Source: the human T2T-CHM13v2.0 reference genome, Homo sapiens
Length of the DNA stretch: 64,000 nt
Assembly: GCF_009914755.1 (NCBI RefSeq)
Contig: NC_060936.1
Direction: 5' to 3' (one strand)
This document shows positions 1 to 15,544 of this stretch, piece after piece. The notes beneath the pieces were generated by a model. It had not been told where the DNA came from and did not search any database. It saw only the letters and a list, made by a program, of their open reading frames with translations. The position numbers were made by a program, and so were the translations under genes. Position 1 is the first letter of the stretch. Every line of letters starts with the position of its first letter.

Positions 1-1194
1 AATTTAACTAGGTATCTTGTGTGTGTTTATAAATATAGCTGCCTTATGACAAACTCCTTTCCACCTCCCAACAAAAGCAATCCTACTTTCCATGCTAAGC
101 TTCCAGATAATCTTGTGTTTGAGAAAAGCATTCAGCAACAAAAAAAAGTTTGAAAACCACTTTGCTATACAAATATGGGCAACACTCTGAACCCCACTGT
201 CTGTGGACTTTCCATCAACAAAGCAAATTGTGTCTGGTTATTGTGAAAATTAATTAAAGCTTGTAAAGCGCTTTGAAATTGGCATGTTCAGCCACATATG
301 CTACAAAATATTTATCACACACCAGACTGCCTGAAAACATTCTGATTGCTCAGTGAACAACTAGATGGCAGAAATTCTCAAAGATGTTAAATCACAATTT
401 TAATATCACCATATTGAAAAATCACATATTAAAACAGACCCTTCCAACCTAAGAAGGCAGAACATTTCAACCTAAGAAGTGAGTTTACCTTCAAAAAACA
501 AACGAATAAACATGATTTGCTTTTAAAAGTACAGTATTTATACCATTGTGGAGGTTTTCTTCAACTGAATCATAAGTTTTGTTGTTGCTGTTTTTTTTAA
601 GCAGGAGTTCAAAACATAACAATCAGGAAATGAAGAAAATAGTTCATCTCCTATGAGACTATTGTCTGCTATTTCTGCTTGGTAAAGCTTTTTTTTTTTT
701 TTAAGATTAAAAAAAAGTTTTATGAAAACAAAACAGAGATACCAACACAATAAAACACATCTGGAGGCCACTTGGTGACATTCAGGCTTCTTTTTTTTTT
801 TTCAACCATTAGCTTTCATGGAAAGCTCTTACAGTACTAAAGCAAATGTCATAAAAGCATAATATTCATTACATAATGTTGTCTAAACACTTGAGGCTGA
901 AATTCAAACCTGGCAGTGAAACTAAAGAGTAAATAAGTTCAGATTGTAACAACATAACAATGAAAAGACACAAGTGTAAACACCTGGTAGGTTGGCCAGG
1001 TAAATGCCATATTTATGAAGGAACACAGAGAGCTGTTACTTAGAACCTTAAGGCCAGCCACAGAAAAGACAGGATTACAATAAAAGTTGTCATAATTCAT
1101 ATGTTATTTCTGATTTAAACTGATTTACAAAGGTGGCAATCAGTCCCTAAGAGTACAGTTAATCTTATAGCCAAATAGAAAGACGTGCAATTTG

Positions 1195-1511
<317 letters not shown>

Positions 1512-1529
1512 TCACTAAGCATAACGCTT

Positions 1530-1906
1530 GTCTAATGTTTCCTGCCTTTGTATATACTTTTCCTTCTGCCTAAACTAGCCCATTCTGCTATTCTGATAAT
1601 GACTTGGCCAAACTCCTATTTAGTCATTAAGACCTAGCTCAATAATCTCTTCCTCTTTGAAGCCTCCCTTAATAGTCCACATAGAACAAATAACTTCAGG
1701 CTTTGCCTCTGTGCTACTGCTATATCCAGCACATTTCTCTATTCCTGCCTTTACAACAACATATTGCCAGTAAGTGCTTACATGCCTTCCTCCCTTACAA
1801 AACACTGCACTCTTGAAAAACTGAACCACTCCTATGTAATGTTTGTATTCCCAGAACCTACCATAATGCCTGTCAAACCACAGGCACTCAGTAAAGGTGT
1901 GTTGAA
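1530..1906 (+). mobile_element. L2 3' fragment
   Basis: L2-like 'agctcaataatctcttcctctttgaagcctccc' and end 'ggcactcagtaaaggtgtgttgaa'. Confidence 0.55.
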
Positions 1907-3419
1907 AGGAAAACCATGCCACCAAATTGAAATAAAAATGGGAAAGCTTAACATTAAATGGTTAACATGCATTTGTAAGTGCAATTTCTCCTTACTTTTC
2001 AGAGAAGAGAAAAGAAGGCAGAGAATATGCAAAACAGCCCCCATCACTTTGAAGTGAATAAATGGTTAGGAAAAGAGGCAAAAGATGAAAGGTTCTGTAG
2101 ATCCATTTAAGGAGAGAGAACAACAGAAAACACTGTGAACTGCTCCTAAAGCATCTCTGCAAAAGTGTGTCAACCATACCCTGGAGCGCTAGCCTCCAGA
2201 CCAAGGGGCATATTCGACTTTATTTCTGTTCCACCCTCTAACAGTCTGCTGAGAAGGCCCACAAAGGTGTCATTAAGAAATGAAATGCCTTCCTGCAGAA
2301 TTTTCACACAGTCATTACCATCTGATAGCGTTTGATCTTTGAGTCATGGCTGAAGTGACCCAGATTCAAACTGGCGATTATTAATGTCAAATTTATTAGT
2401 TCTTCCTATTGGTACAGTACTTCATAGTCACTTATGAATCTTCTGGGAGACACATCATGGCTCACTGCTGTGTTCATCTGAACAATTCAAAAACTTAATC
2501 TCAGATATAATACAGATAGTAATGCTTCCCGGTGGCTGCTTATAACTTTGGGTGCAGCCTAATTAGAATGTGAACAAGACCTGAGGTCCTAAGGATTTGC
2601 TGAAAAGTGAGTGATTTAATTAATTACAATGCTACTAAAAGGAACATCTAGGCCAGTAGGTATGGTGACATATGCCAACATGTGTTATCAAAGATTAATT
2701 ATAGGAAGAGTTTCACTACATACTGCATAGTTACACCAGCATTTATCTGGGGAGTTTGGAAGATAAGAAAGTTATTAGGGTTATTGAAAATATTAGGAAT
2801 GCAACTAAAATGAATGTTATGTTATTTTTATTTTCCAGCAAACCCTCTCTAAGCCTCCCAAAATTAAATCCAGTTTGGTCAATGGGCACGCACATTTTAA
2901 ACACAGTTTTAATCACTGTGTGTCAACAAGTGAACATGCTAATTTGAGTACTACTTTAAAAATTGTCCACATTTCCCATGTATAAACATAATAATCACAT
3001 TTGTAATTTTTAGCATAAACATAAGTATGCCACTATTGTAACAACATTCAATTAATAATTTGCTCTGTAATATCACTGCATTTTTTTTTTTTAGCTGTCA
3101 CATTGAACTCTAAGGTAAACTATAAACCAGACTTTTGATCAGGGGAAGTGTATATTCTGTTAGGCCCTCAGGCCTTTAAAACATAGCTATTGTTGAATTT
3201 TAACTGGCCACACTGAATAATAAATAAGGCTATAAGTTGCACCTGGCTCATATGAATACTTTTGAAATAGACTGTTAAAAAAATTCTAATTTGGGATTTG
3301 GGTGGTGAGAATGATGAGACTAATAATAACACTACCAGCTCACATTTGTTATTTATTATCTATCCCCCTGAAGTTATGGCCTCCACATTTTTAGAGTCAA
3401 GTAAATTTTGAGCTTAAAA

Positions 3420-3530
3420 AATCATCAGCCTCTCCTCACTTTACAACTGAGGAAACTGAGGCACAGAGTGGGTACGAAGGCCAGAAAATTATGTGACTCA
3501 TCTAAGATCCCATGCAAGTTAGTAGGAGAT
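3420..3530 (-). mobile_element. MIR fragment
   Basis: MIR core 'ttacaactgaggaaactgaggcacagag'. Confidence 0.65.
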
Positions 3531-4516
3531 GCAATAATTATGTAAAAGCATTTAATATAGAACACACATAAGCACAGCAATATTTATGAAACAATAAAAT
3601 ATCATCAAACAATTTTGGGTAAGCTACAAGTGCTTGCTTACTTTCCCTTTCTATTGTTCTTTTCTTCTTTCTTTCTAAAAATTTAACTGCAAACATTCCT
3701 TTATTTAGGAACTGGCAAACCAAAGCTCCTTAGGAAGCTGCATCTCGAACTAAAAGGTAGCTTCCTCATCAGTAAATTGGGATAACCTTGGTCAGACCTG
3801 CACATAAAGATGCAAGGAAGATAAAATGAGATGAATATGAAAGTGTTTTGTGTACTTTGGAGGTATTAGTCTTATCATAATAAAGAACCCCCAAGTTGAA
3901 ACATGGTAATTTCTGGATAAATAAGTTGGCTCAACTTCTTAATAGGAAAACAGACTCACTGCCAATTTAGCTCTGGAACTCGAGACATTAAAATAATAAT
4001 TTCAAGCAACTAGGTTTCCTAGCAAGCTGGTTGAAATCACTTAGAGGATTAGCTTTTCACCCCTGGAATTTAAATCAGGAGATTGTTTGAGTGAAAGACA
4101 GTCTGTCATCCATGTTTTAACATACATGGCAACATCACAAGCCTCTCTGAAGATTCTACCTCTATTTTTTTTTTAAGGTTACAGAGTGGCATGGGTGTAT
4201 TATGAAGAAGGAAGTCACATAGCTTCCTTGTTGCACATATTCAATCTTCTATTAATATAGCATCCCTTTGCTAGATGATTACATTTCCTTGATCACTTGG
4301 GAGTGTGGAAAAGGAAGGAGGGTTATTTGATACGCATCTTTCCTTCTATTCTACCATGTTTCTCTGGCTTTATTTAGATAAAAGGGTAAACAGCTGAGAA
4401 ACTCCACTTCAGCTGGGGGGAAAAAACCCACAAAAATGCTCCAAATAAAATATCTCTATCTCCTTTCTAAAAAATTTTTAGGTCAGATAAAAACAGAATA
4501 CTGGCTACTATTTGTG

Positions 4517-4857
<341 letters not shown>

Positions 4858-5639
4858 TTATCTTTATTTTATATACAACATTAAAATGGCAGTAGACAAA
4901 ACAGTACAGAGGTATCTTCAGGGAACAGGTAGCTATCACAATAAATATCTAACAGTGCTATGAAAAAAGGTACAGCAGCTTAAGAGGATTGGGGAGTGCT
5001 AGATGGTGACTGGGAAAAAGCAGGGATGCTGCTATTTTTTACAGGGTGACCAGGGAAGGCTATCTGACATCAGATGACTTTTGAGCAGAGACCTGAAGGG
5101 ACAGAGTGAGCTGTGATTTCACATGTCTTTTTTTTAACATTCGTTTAAAGTCCAGTACAAACAAGGAGATCTGCTGTAAAACTTCAGGAAAGTCAAATCT
5201 GCAAATATTAAGGCTTTATACAATACTCTGAACCAGCTCTCAATTTATTTCAAGTAATCCTTGACCTGTTTAGCTACAGTTAAGTATTTTTCCTAAAATG
5301 CTTCACAGTATTTCTTCACATAATAATTAAAGAGAGTTTTCCAGTTATATGTGCAAACAACCCAGGTAGATAATTCAGGTAGAATTTTCCATTCTGAGAC
5401 CCTGATGATTTGATTTGGCAGAGGGCATATGGTAGGAAGAAGGTGCTAAAGCTAGCTGATTTTGCCACTGGCCACGTGTAAAAGTTCAAAGGAAATTGGA
5501 TAGTTAGCCAGGTTTCAGAATAGTGAGTTTTAAAGTTCTTCTTTTAATTAAAAACCAAATAAAACAATAATAAAACCTCCCCCAAAATGGCAACAAACAA
5601 CAACAAATCAAGTAAAGTAGGTATCATATGTCTTCTTTA

Positions 5640-5997
<358 letters not shown>

Positions 5998-6654
5998 TGA
6001 CCAGATTATATTTCTTAAACTGACATAGAAAACTGGAATTCATTCATTCAACAAATAAGGATGCTCAAAAAGTGAGGAAACATAGGATCAATTTATTTTT
6101 CAACAGTATATTAATTATACTTTTGAATAATATGCTCAACATCTTTTTCTGTCAACCTCCAGATATGTTTCCAGTTGAAGTAATTCCAAATTTAAAGCAA
6201 TGAGATCAGTTGTTAACCTGGAGAAAAATACAATAAATGCACCATGGAGTATGCCTAAAGTCTGGAAACTGAAGGAAAATAATGTATTTATTATGTTGTT
6301 TTTCAGATAAACAATTATGCTCATTGTTTTAAATTGGGAGATACTTTGTGCGAGAGGTGTTTGGAAGTTGACAAAATATACACTGAGCATATTATTTGAA
6401 AACATAACAGTATATATATTTTTAAGTTTCTTGAGTTTTTGGACTCCCTGTATTTGTCAAGTTTCTACTATGCGCCAGGCACTGTGGTAGGCATGAGGTA
6501 TGCAATGGTGAACAAACATGGCTCCTTGTGATTAGCATCTACTCACAGGCACAGAACATAGATCTTCATTTCCAGGTTGAAATGACATCTATAATATTTT
6601 GACAGCAAAATATCAATGACTACTTTTAAGGAATAAAAGCAGTCATTAAGAGTG

Positions 6655-6790
6655 AATGAATGAACAAAAGAGAAAGGAAGGAAGGACGGAAGGAAGGACG
6701 GAAGGACGGAAGGAAGAAGGAGGCAGAAAGGGAGAGAGAGAGTAAGGAAGGGAGGGAAAGGAAAAGGAAAGAAAAGCAGGCAGGCAGATA
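6655..6790. repeat. GA-rich (GGAA)n low-complexity tract
   Basis: gaaggaaggacggaaggaagg... Confidence 0.9.
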
Positions 6791-7014
6791 ATTTGGTCTA
6801 GTAGGATTAGAAACAAATTTTGGAATGAGAAGGACACCTTAGACATCACCTAATTTAATGGCTCAGCAGCAGTTGTACATTGGAATCATCTGAGGAGCTT
6901 GTTCAAGCTAAAAGTGCAAGACTGCACTGAAAACCTACTGCATTAAAATCTGTGTATTTGTATTTAGATGTGTGTGATTCAATCCTTTGATTAATATACA
7001 CTGATCTAGTCTAA

Positions 7015-7100
7015 TTCCCTCATTTTATATATGAAGAAACTGAAGCCCAGAGAGGCTGAGAAACTGGCTCAAAAATCACACAGTTATTGTACTAGTCTGA
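7015..7100 (-). mobile_element. MIR fragment
   Basis: 'cattttatatatgaagaaactgaagcccagagagg'. Confidence 0.65.
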
Positions 7101-7178
7101 GTTTTTTGGTTTTTAATCCAAAAAACTGTTAAAAAAAAACTGGCTTTTTCTGTACTATTATAGCACATCCCTCCACTA

Positions 7179-7652
<474 letters not shown>

Positions 7653-8491
7653 CTAAACAGCCAAATCAGGCTAGTTTAAAACGCTCTCACACAAAAATCA
7701 TAATTCCTATCAGTTTCTCATTTCAGCACTGCAATGAATAATAATTTTGGTTTCTGTGGGTAAGGAAGGGGAGGGAAAAAAAAAGAGTGATTTTTCTGAT
7801 TTATTCCCAAAATTCAGAAGGTTAAAAAAAATATGTTCCCAGTACCTCAATATGGAGAAAGCCTGGTCTGCTTTTAACACTTTTGGCAGTACTTGAGGAC
7901 ACGTTTTTGGCTATTAGCCTGCCAAGCTGTTTAAGCTTATAGAAGGCCCACAAAGGGAACTTGTATGATTAAGTTAGTTAAACACAAACATCTTCTCTGT
8001 ATATTTTATTCCCTCCCTTCACATTCATGAAACATAAAAGGCTAAAGCAATTCAGAACTAGGTGAGGGGGGCAAGTTATTTATCACTTCAGCTCCTTTCT
8101 CAAGGCTTGTGTAAGTAAGAACTGGGGCAACTCAATGAAATTATTCATATGATCCTTGCAGTGAACAAAGCTTAGCATCAGAAAGCAGTTCAAAATTCCT
8201 ATGAAGCATATGTATTCTCTTACAAGAAACATCTGTGATTCTCTAATGTGCTTCAGACCTAACTTTATCTCTTTCTAAAAATTATGTAACATGCATATAC
8301 TTCAAGCACTGAACATACATATTAATTTCATAGTCACAGAAGAATGTAAAATGTAATCTCTTTTTGACATACATTATAACACGTATTTCAACATTAGAGC
8401 ACTAAGCAGTCTTCTTGTGTACAATCGAACATCCTCTAAATGATTTGAAAGAGATATTTCAAAGCAAAACAACATACCACACTACATAGCA

Positions 8492-8724
8492 CAAGCTTGT
8501 CCGACCCACGGACCGTGGGCCACATGCAACCCAGGATGGCTTTGAATGTGGTCCAACACAGATTTGTAAACTTTCTTAAAACATTATGAGATTTGTGTGT
8601 GTGTGTGATTTCTTTTTTTTATTTAGCTCACCAGCCATCGTTAGTGTTAGTATGTTTCATGTGTGGCCCAAGACAATTCTTCTTCCAATGTGGCCCAGGG
8701 AAGCCAAAAGGTTGGACACCCCTG
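8492..8724 (-). mobile_element. MER30 (hAT-Charlie DNA transposon)
   Basis: Ends caagcttgtcc... and ...ttggacacccctg plus the internal sequence match the recalled MER30 consensus. Confidence 0.85.
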
Positions 8725-8937
8725 AATTCTAGCCCCTTTTCAGATCCCAAATTAGGAACTTAGATTATTCATGCACGTAAATAGGATAGTTGGAAGTATC
8801 AATTGTAGTTAACAAGTTATGTGTTTCTTCCGAAAATTGCCATATTTGCTTATCAGTGAAATAAAAGAAACCAAAGAATTACAAATGCCCTTGGTGAAAC
8901 TATACATGGCTTAAAGCAGTTTACTATTATTAGATTG

Positions 8938-8941
<4 letters not shown>

Positions 8942-8970
<29 letters not shown>
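8942..8970. repeat. (TG)n microsatellite
   Basis: Read directly. Confidence 0.95.
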
Positions 8971-8973
<3 letters not shown>

Positions 8974-11900
8974 ACAGAAGGCAGCATTTTAACTGGGGCA
9001 GAGGAGCTGGCCAACATAGAAAAAGGTTTTAATAGACTTTCTATTTCAACCATAGTTACTGTGGGTTTTGTCTCTATAGCAATGGGCCTGGGTAAGGTGG
9101 ATGTGTCTGGCAAGCTAGGGTGTTCAGCTGGTAAAATAACATAAACCTCATTTTACCTCTAGTTGAGCAAATTTCCTCCAAGAAGGTTTGCTTAACTGAA
9201 AGACAATTTCCAAGGATAAAGGGGATTTAAGGGAAAACTCTAAGCATCTTTTGGTGGGCTATTCTTCGCAGTACAGTACTATGCTAAGTTTAACCTCACA
9301 CCTTCTCCTATATTTCATCAAAGGCCTCCAATAGCATTAGTTACTGGTAGTACTTTGGATTTAGGCAGTCACCTAACCTCCAGGATCTCAATCATCCCTA
9401 GCAGCATAGGCTAATTTCAGCTGTCTCTACAGGGGCTACATGAAACATGGCATTTACAAATTTGGGTTATACAGTAATATTTATTACATGATGGAAGATT
9501 TCCAAAGATGCCAGAAGAGATGTTGGCATTTATGCAAGTCAACTACTGTTCAACCCAAAGAAGCACTATATTCTATAGGATGTTTCTGCCAGGATTGAAA
9601 GAGCCTATGTGAAAACACCTTCATTAGGACCATCTTAGCACCTCACCTCTTGGATACCCTCTAGCTCTAGGTGTTATGTTTCAGGTGGGCCAAAATTGTC
9701 CTGGAAACAGAACTCCCCAGTTCTATTACCTGTCCATTTACTCCAAGTCCTGAGAGTGTATATTTTCTTATTTTCAGATCTAATAAGTCAAATATATCTA
9801 GTAGCTATTAAAAGATTTAAACCACCAGTTTTAAAAGGTTTCTAAAAAGGGTTCAGTGTTCAGAGATTTCAAGCCCACAGAGGAGGCAGATTTGGAGAGT
9901 TTACTTCCAATAAAATCGTGAAATTATGTGCTGATTCCCCTCTATCCCCCATTTTAAGAATATTCTTATTGAGATCTCTCTACCTTTTTAATGTTCTTTT
10001 ATAACACCTCTTCATAGAGCCACAAAAAGAAAAATAGAGGAATCTGGGAAAAAAAAGTGTACCAAATGATGTCCAATAACCTAAAAAGATAACTATATTG
10101 CTATGTCCCTAAAGAGGGAGACAGGCAAACTTGAAAACATTAGCTACTTACAATATGCTCTAAGATAACCTTTTCCCCTTTACTTCTTTGGGGTAATCCA
10201 AACTGCTATAAATGTTTCTTTAAAATTCCTTTATTAAAAAGTTTGTTGTGCTTGCTCAAAGAAAATGGCTATCCTAGAAAACTAGGGCCAATATTATAGC
10301 ACATTAAGTGGTGGCTACTTTATATTAGACTTCTTTTTTTTTAAAGGCAACAAAAATGGGGGGAAAGGTGGTTATAAAAAACATCACAGGAAACCAAATA
10401 GCCTTTATTTAAATTAAAAGCAATCACAGCCTGATTCTTGGAACACACTTCGAAATGCTTTTTGGCATGCAGCTGCTACATGCCGCCAATATTGTGTGTA
10501 ATTGGAAACATTTCAAACAGAATTGTTACCAAAGTCAAAGACCATAATTGCAAGCCCAGGGATCTCTGCCTCAGATAAAAGAAGGGCAGCTGAGCAAGAG
10601 TGCTCGGCATGGAGGAGTCTACTTACGGGTCTGCATCTCACAGCAATATTTTCATTGCATTATTGACAGATCTTTCTTCCGGAGACCCAATGAGAAAAGG
10701 ACACAGAGAGAAGCACACGCAAAGCAGAAGCTGGTGGGTGCTATAAATCAGCAGCTGGGACAAAACTCTTAGAAAGGAGTCCATGACTTCAGTACCAGAA
10801 CAACTGAAATAACACAGCCCTAACTTTTTTTTTTTTTTCTGAAGTGTAATCCACTAGAAATGAAAGGCATCTCTCCCAAGAGTTTACCCCAAATCTACCA
10901 GTGAGAAAAATGCAACTGCTGTTGAATTGGTCAGTTGACTTTTAGGCTCACTTAGGACCAAACTTAGGGGAGAAGAAAGTTAAGTAAAGGCAAATGATAG
11001 CTGCTTGCTAGTTTGCAGCTTACATTTTAAAATGTTTACATTGGCTTCTGCCTGGCTGACATTTTTACTTTTATTTTATATGTAAAATCTCTCTTTATAG
11101 GAGAATGAAGCTGGAAAGGTCTAATCGGTTCAGGCTGGGCAATCATTCTTGTTCCTGGAGAGGTCCCTTCAAAAATAACCAAAATGCATTTAGAGTTTAG
11201 TCTAAACAAGTGCATAAAACAGAGACACAGGAAGAATTATTACATTCTGAGAGGTTTGATCACCCTCCCCACCCCCCACAACTGGAAATAGTCAATGCCA
11301 GTGGACCAGTGGCTCAGGAATGGTTCTTGGAAAAATTGTGTCATTCTGGCATACAGAAAAGTGATCTGATTATTCTATCATATCTCTGTGCCAGAAGTGT
11401 CATGACATCAGCGTGCTCCAACCTGTAAAGCCTGTCTGGTTCGCCATCCCTGCTTCAGGAGAGAGGGGAAGTGGGGGGAAATAGCAGCTTACTCAGATTC
11501 CCCATACAATTTTAGGCCAGGCTTTTTTCACTGCTCCAAAATGTTCATTCATCAACACGTAGGTAATTAACCTCCACTTCAGTTCAGCATGACCATAAAC
11601 AAGGGGATGTGATTACCAGTTACTGGGGCAGATGAGGCGCTACATTTCTGTGTGTCCAGAGATGGGGAAGTCAGAGGCTTGGGGCTGCTCCAGATTCCTC
11701 AATGCCATCTTGGTCCTTGGAACGTGTTGTGGAGCGCTGGCTCCATAGGCTGCATGAGGTTTCGAGGAACTGCAACAATGCAGGACTTGGTGCCCAGATT
11801 ACTGTACTTCCCTCTCTCAACTTGCTTGCTCACACCAACCTTCTAAAGATATTATTGTGCAATCCAATAATCCTTTCTTCTGTGACCAGAAGAAAAAGAA

Positions 11901-12182
11901 GTAATGGTCCCTTAAAACACCAATCGACCAACCAAGCAACCCAGAAACACAATCCTTTCACTTTCCTAACTCCTTCTCTTTATTGTGGAATAATCATACA
12001 TAGATTTAGGCAATCTTAATATTCTCTCACTAATAAGGGTTAAACAGTTGGTATTATTTTACATAACATGGAGATGAGAGAGACAGCTATTTTTTCCAAG
12101 GGGGAAGAGTCTATCCTAGTCAAATGATACTTTTAACATTTCTATTCACAGATGAGAATCACTTTGATTTTTTAAAATTACC

Positions 12183-12300
12183 TTTTTTTTTTTTTTTCCC
12201 CAGAGATGGGGTCTAACAATGTTGGCTGGGCTGAACTTGAACTCCTGGGCTCAAGCGATCCTCCCCAGTAGCTGGGGCTATAGAGCCAAGCACCACTACA
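12183..12300 (-). mobile_element. Alu monomer (FLAM-like)
   Basis: T tail followed by 'gagatggggtct...gaactcctgggctcaagcgatcctcc'. Confidence 0.8.
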
Positions 12301-15256
12301 TGTAGCTTTCCTGTCTTTCTTTAAAAGGAAAAATTTGCTCTTTATAAACTATTTTAACCAGGAAATTAACTGCAGTAAGTAGAATATAAGTAATGATAAT
12401 CTTTACTGAAAATTGTTTCCCATGATATTAGAGAGCCCAAAATATAGGTATAGGCCATTAAGAGAGTTACTTAATTACTGGAAAATACTTTGTAAAGATT
12501 CTTGTTCCATTTCATGAGTATTATAGACAATCACTCATAATACTTAATTCTTTGTATTTTGCTTTCAAGTAATTATAAGAGATTTTAGAGAAATTATGAT
12601 GCAACTTTTAAAACTTATAATTCAGCTTACTTTTTAAAAGCCTTAATCAAAGAAACTGCAAAATTTAACTTTTTTGGTCTTTTCAGAATTATCAAAAGAG
12701 AGAATATTAGGAACAACTAGACTTACCTACATCTGACTCTAAAGTTAAGAGTTCAGCTATTAACCCTATAGGAGATCTTTATTTCTCCCTAGCTAATATT
12801 AGATTTTATCTGGGGGACTCAAGCTGACTTATTACACCACCACACACCATGGACAAATAGTGCTTCCATGGACCTTGATTATAAAAACATAATAAGCTTT
12901 TTAAGCTTCACTGGTGTTACTGGCAGAACTGATTGAATCTGTCACTTTAGTAAAATATATCATTTTTCTTTTTAAAACCTATGAACCAACAGGCTCACTC
13001 GGTGATAACTCGCCAATTAGTACCAAATTAAAGATGGAAAAATTAATTTACTAAGCCCATTCAGTTGCATCAATATGTCTATCTCTATAAACTATCCAGT
13101 TTTTCCTTCCTTTTTCCCTCCCTCTCTCCATCCCTCCCTCTTTTCCTTCCTTCCTTCCTTTTGAGGCTTATTTATAAGAATGAATCATACTACATTAGCC
13201 ATGACTTATTAAACTTGGAGATTTTCAAGTTCATCAGCAAGTGTGCAAACCCTTAACTGTGGGTAACATCCATTTATTTGTAGCACCTTTCGGTTTTAAT
13301 ATGTAGAGCACATGCATTGTTAACCTCTAAATCCTTTGTATAAACATTTCTGGAAGAGCTGGTAAAATATCTCCTTCTGTGTTTCCTGACTCGCCAGTTG
13401 ATGGCATTTAGAAACCCTCTGGTACCAGCAGGTGCTGTATTTTGCTTTCTTCAGGCTCCAGCTGGGCTACAATGACAGATTCCTGTCCCAGGCCAAGCCT
13501 AGCCACCAAGGCTAGGACCACATTGGAGGCAAACTGAACCAGGCTCCACCAGACAGCAAGATGAATGGCTGCTGTTTAAGTTTAAAATCCCCTGGTGGGA
13601 GTAAATATTGTTCCAGAGAAAAGCCTTGACAAATATTGCGTCATCCTTACAGAACTGTCTTGATTAAAGCAGAATCTTTGGATTAAGTTGATGCTCAATT
13701 CAAAATGTATCTATCTTGCTGTCATGGGATTTTTTTTTGTTTTTTTTTTCCTTTCTAGAGTCTGAAAACAGACATAATGTTGGGGACGGTCAAACAAGGC
13801 TGCCGGCTCCCAAGGGGCTAGAGTCCACTCCTGATAATAGAAGGCGGCTGAACACTGACACTTCACTGAGGATAATGGAGACAGCAAAGGCTTAGTGGGA
13901 AAGGGCCAGTTGTCACCTAAGTGACAGGCAACAGCTGAGCTCACACATCTGGAGCCGGACTACGGCAAACATTAGCAACCCTCACCAGTCTACACCTTGG
14001 GCCTGTCTGAAAAGACAGATGGAAGTTCCCTCTACTCCTAAAGTACATTAAAAAATGTCTGATGGTGAACCACATCAATTATATAACATCAACTGCAGGC
14101 ACAGCCTTCCAAAGTACTGATTAAGACGAGGCAGTAGACAACACTGTATGCATGAACAGATACAAGATACCATTTCAGTGATTTGTCATTCATAAAACTT
14201 ATCCTAAAAGACACATATACATGCATCCATTTGATAGCACAAATGCATGTTAACTCTGCAGGAGAGGCAGATTTTTACATGTTTTTTTGGTTGTAGTTGT
14301 TGGTGCTTTTTTTTTTTCCTTTAGGCTGGTTCCCGTGGTGTGTTTGCCTTGTTCATGGCCTCAGTTCTGCCGCTGATACCCTTTTAAAAATCAGCAACCA
14401 AACGCGTTCGGCTTGTGATCCTGAACCCTCCTTAGGCAAGCTGGAACTAAGCGTGATGCAGCCGTCCTCCCTCTCTCCCAACCCCCAACCTCGTTCTTCA
14501 GCCTCCTGAAGACAATCTGTGAACAATTTTCCCAAAGTCCCAAGAATAACACAGCACTGCCAATAGTCACTGGCGATGCCGTTTGTTTTTCTTAGAGGGT
14601 AATGAAAATTTAACAGCTTTCTGCTGCATCCTGAGTCCCGCTCCTAATAACTATTAACATGCCTAGTTTCTTCAACTTTTTCTACCTCAAGAGAGGAAGA
14701 CGCTCCCATTTTTTCCCTATATCTGTGCTACATTCAGCAAACACCATCGCGGGGCAGGGGGTTGGGGAGAGTGGTGGGAGTTGATTCGCCTCTGCCAAAA
14801 AGCCACCAGCCCCTTTCCCCAGCGCTAGAGGAGAGAATCGGTACCCTCCCTCCGGACGCCAGTAGGTGACAGGCGATCCTAAGCGGCGGGAACACGCCAA
14901 CGCACCCTCGCCTCCCGGCGCCCCGCATCGCCTCGACCCTCGGGCTACAGAACCTGTTTCCACGCCGGAGAAAACCAAGGGAAGAGTTGGTTGTGATGCA
15001 GCAAACAGGAGCCATGCGGAGAGCCTCTGCGGAGCCCTGGCGATGCTGCAGCCAATATCTGCTTTCCCTGTCTACACAGCCCAACAAACCGATTATGACC
15101 TTCTCCCTGATCTTCTGCGACACCGACCCAGTCTGGGTGTCACAGACTCCGGCGGTGCCAGCGAAGGTGCCCGGCCCTACCCCTGCGGCGCTCGCCCCCC
15201 ACCACCGCGCCGCAGCCCCCTCTGCGGAATCCGCCGGGATCCAGGCTGCCACTCAC

Positions 15257-15544
15257 CTCGCGCGAGGGAGACGCAACTCGGCTGCACTGTCCTCGGCGCC
15301 GCTGCGGGGCTGCTGGGCTGCGGGGCTGCGGGGCTGCGGGGCTGAGGAGCTGCGGTCCGCGGCGTCAGGGGTGGGCGAGGGTGAGCAGCGCACGAATCAT
15401 CCAGAGCCCAGAAAGTCTCCGTGCCGACCGCGGCGCGTCTCGGGGAAGTCAGCGCAGGCTGCGCGAGGCTGGCATGTTCCGGGCGCGCTGTCGGGCGGCG
15501 GCGGCCGCGGGAGACGGCGCTGGCAGCTGGGCTGCAGGCGGAGT
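15257..15544 (-). other. PRICKLE1: Non-coding first exon (5'UTR) of a minus-strand gene, probably PRICKLE1; TSS approximate
   Basis: Consensus donor CGAG|GTGAGT (plus strand actcac 15251-15256) inside the CpG island; initiator-like CACT near 15544. Gene identity rests on recall of the (CAGCCCCG)n-containing 5'UTR only. Confidence 0.6.
15302..15355. repeat. GC-rich 8-mer tandem repeat (CTGCGGGG)n, ~6.7 copies, in the 5'UTR
   Basis: ctgcgggg ctgctggg ctgcgggg ctgcgggg ctgcgggg ctgaggag ctgcgg. Confidence 0.9.

Noticed and set aside
12838-12860. Partial REST/RE1-like CACCATGGACA
   Set aside because: Lacks the TCAG left half and the right flank.
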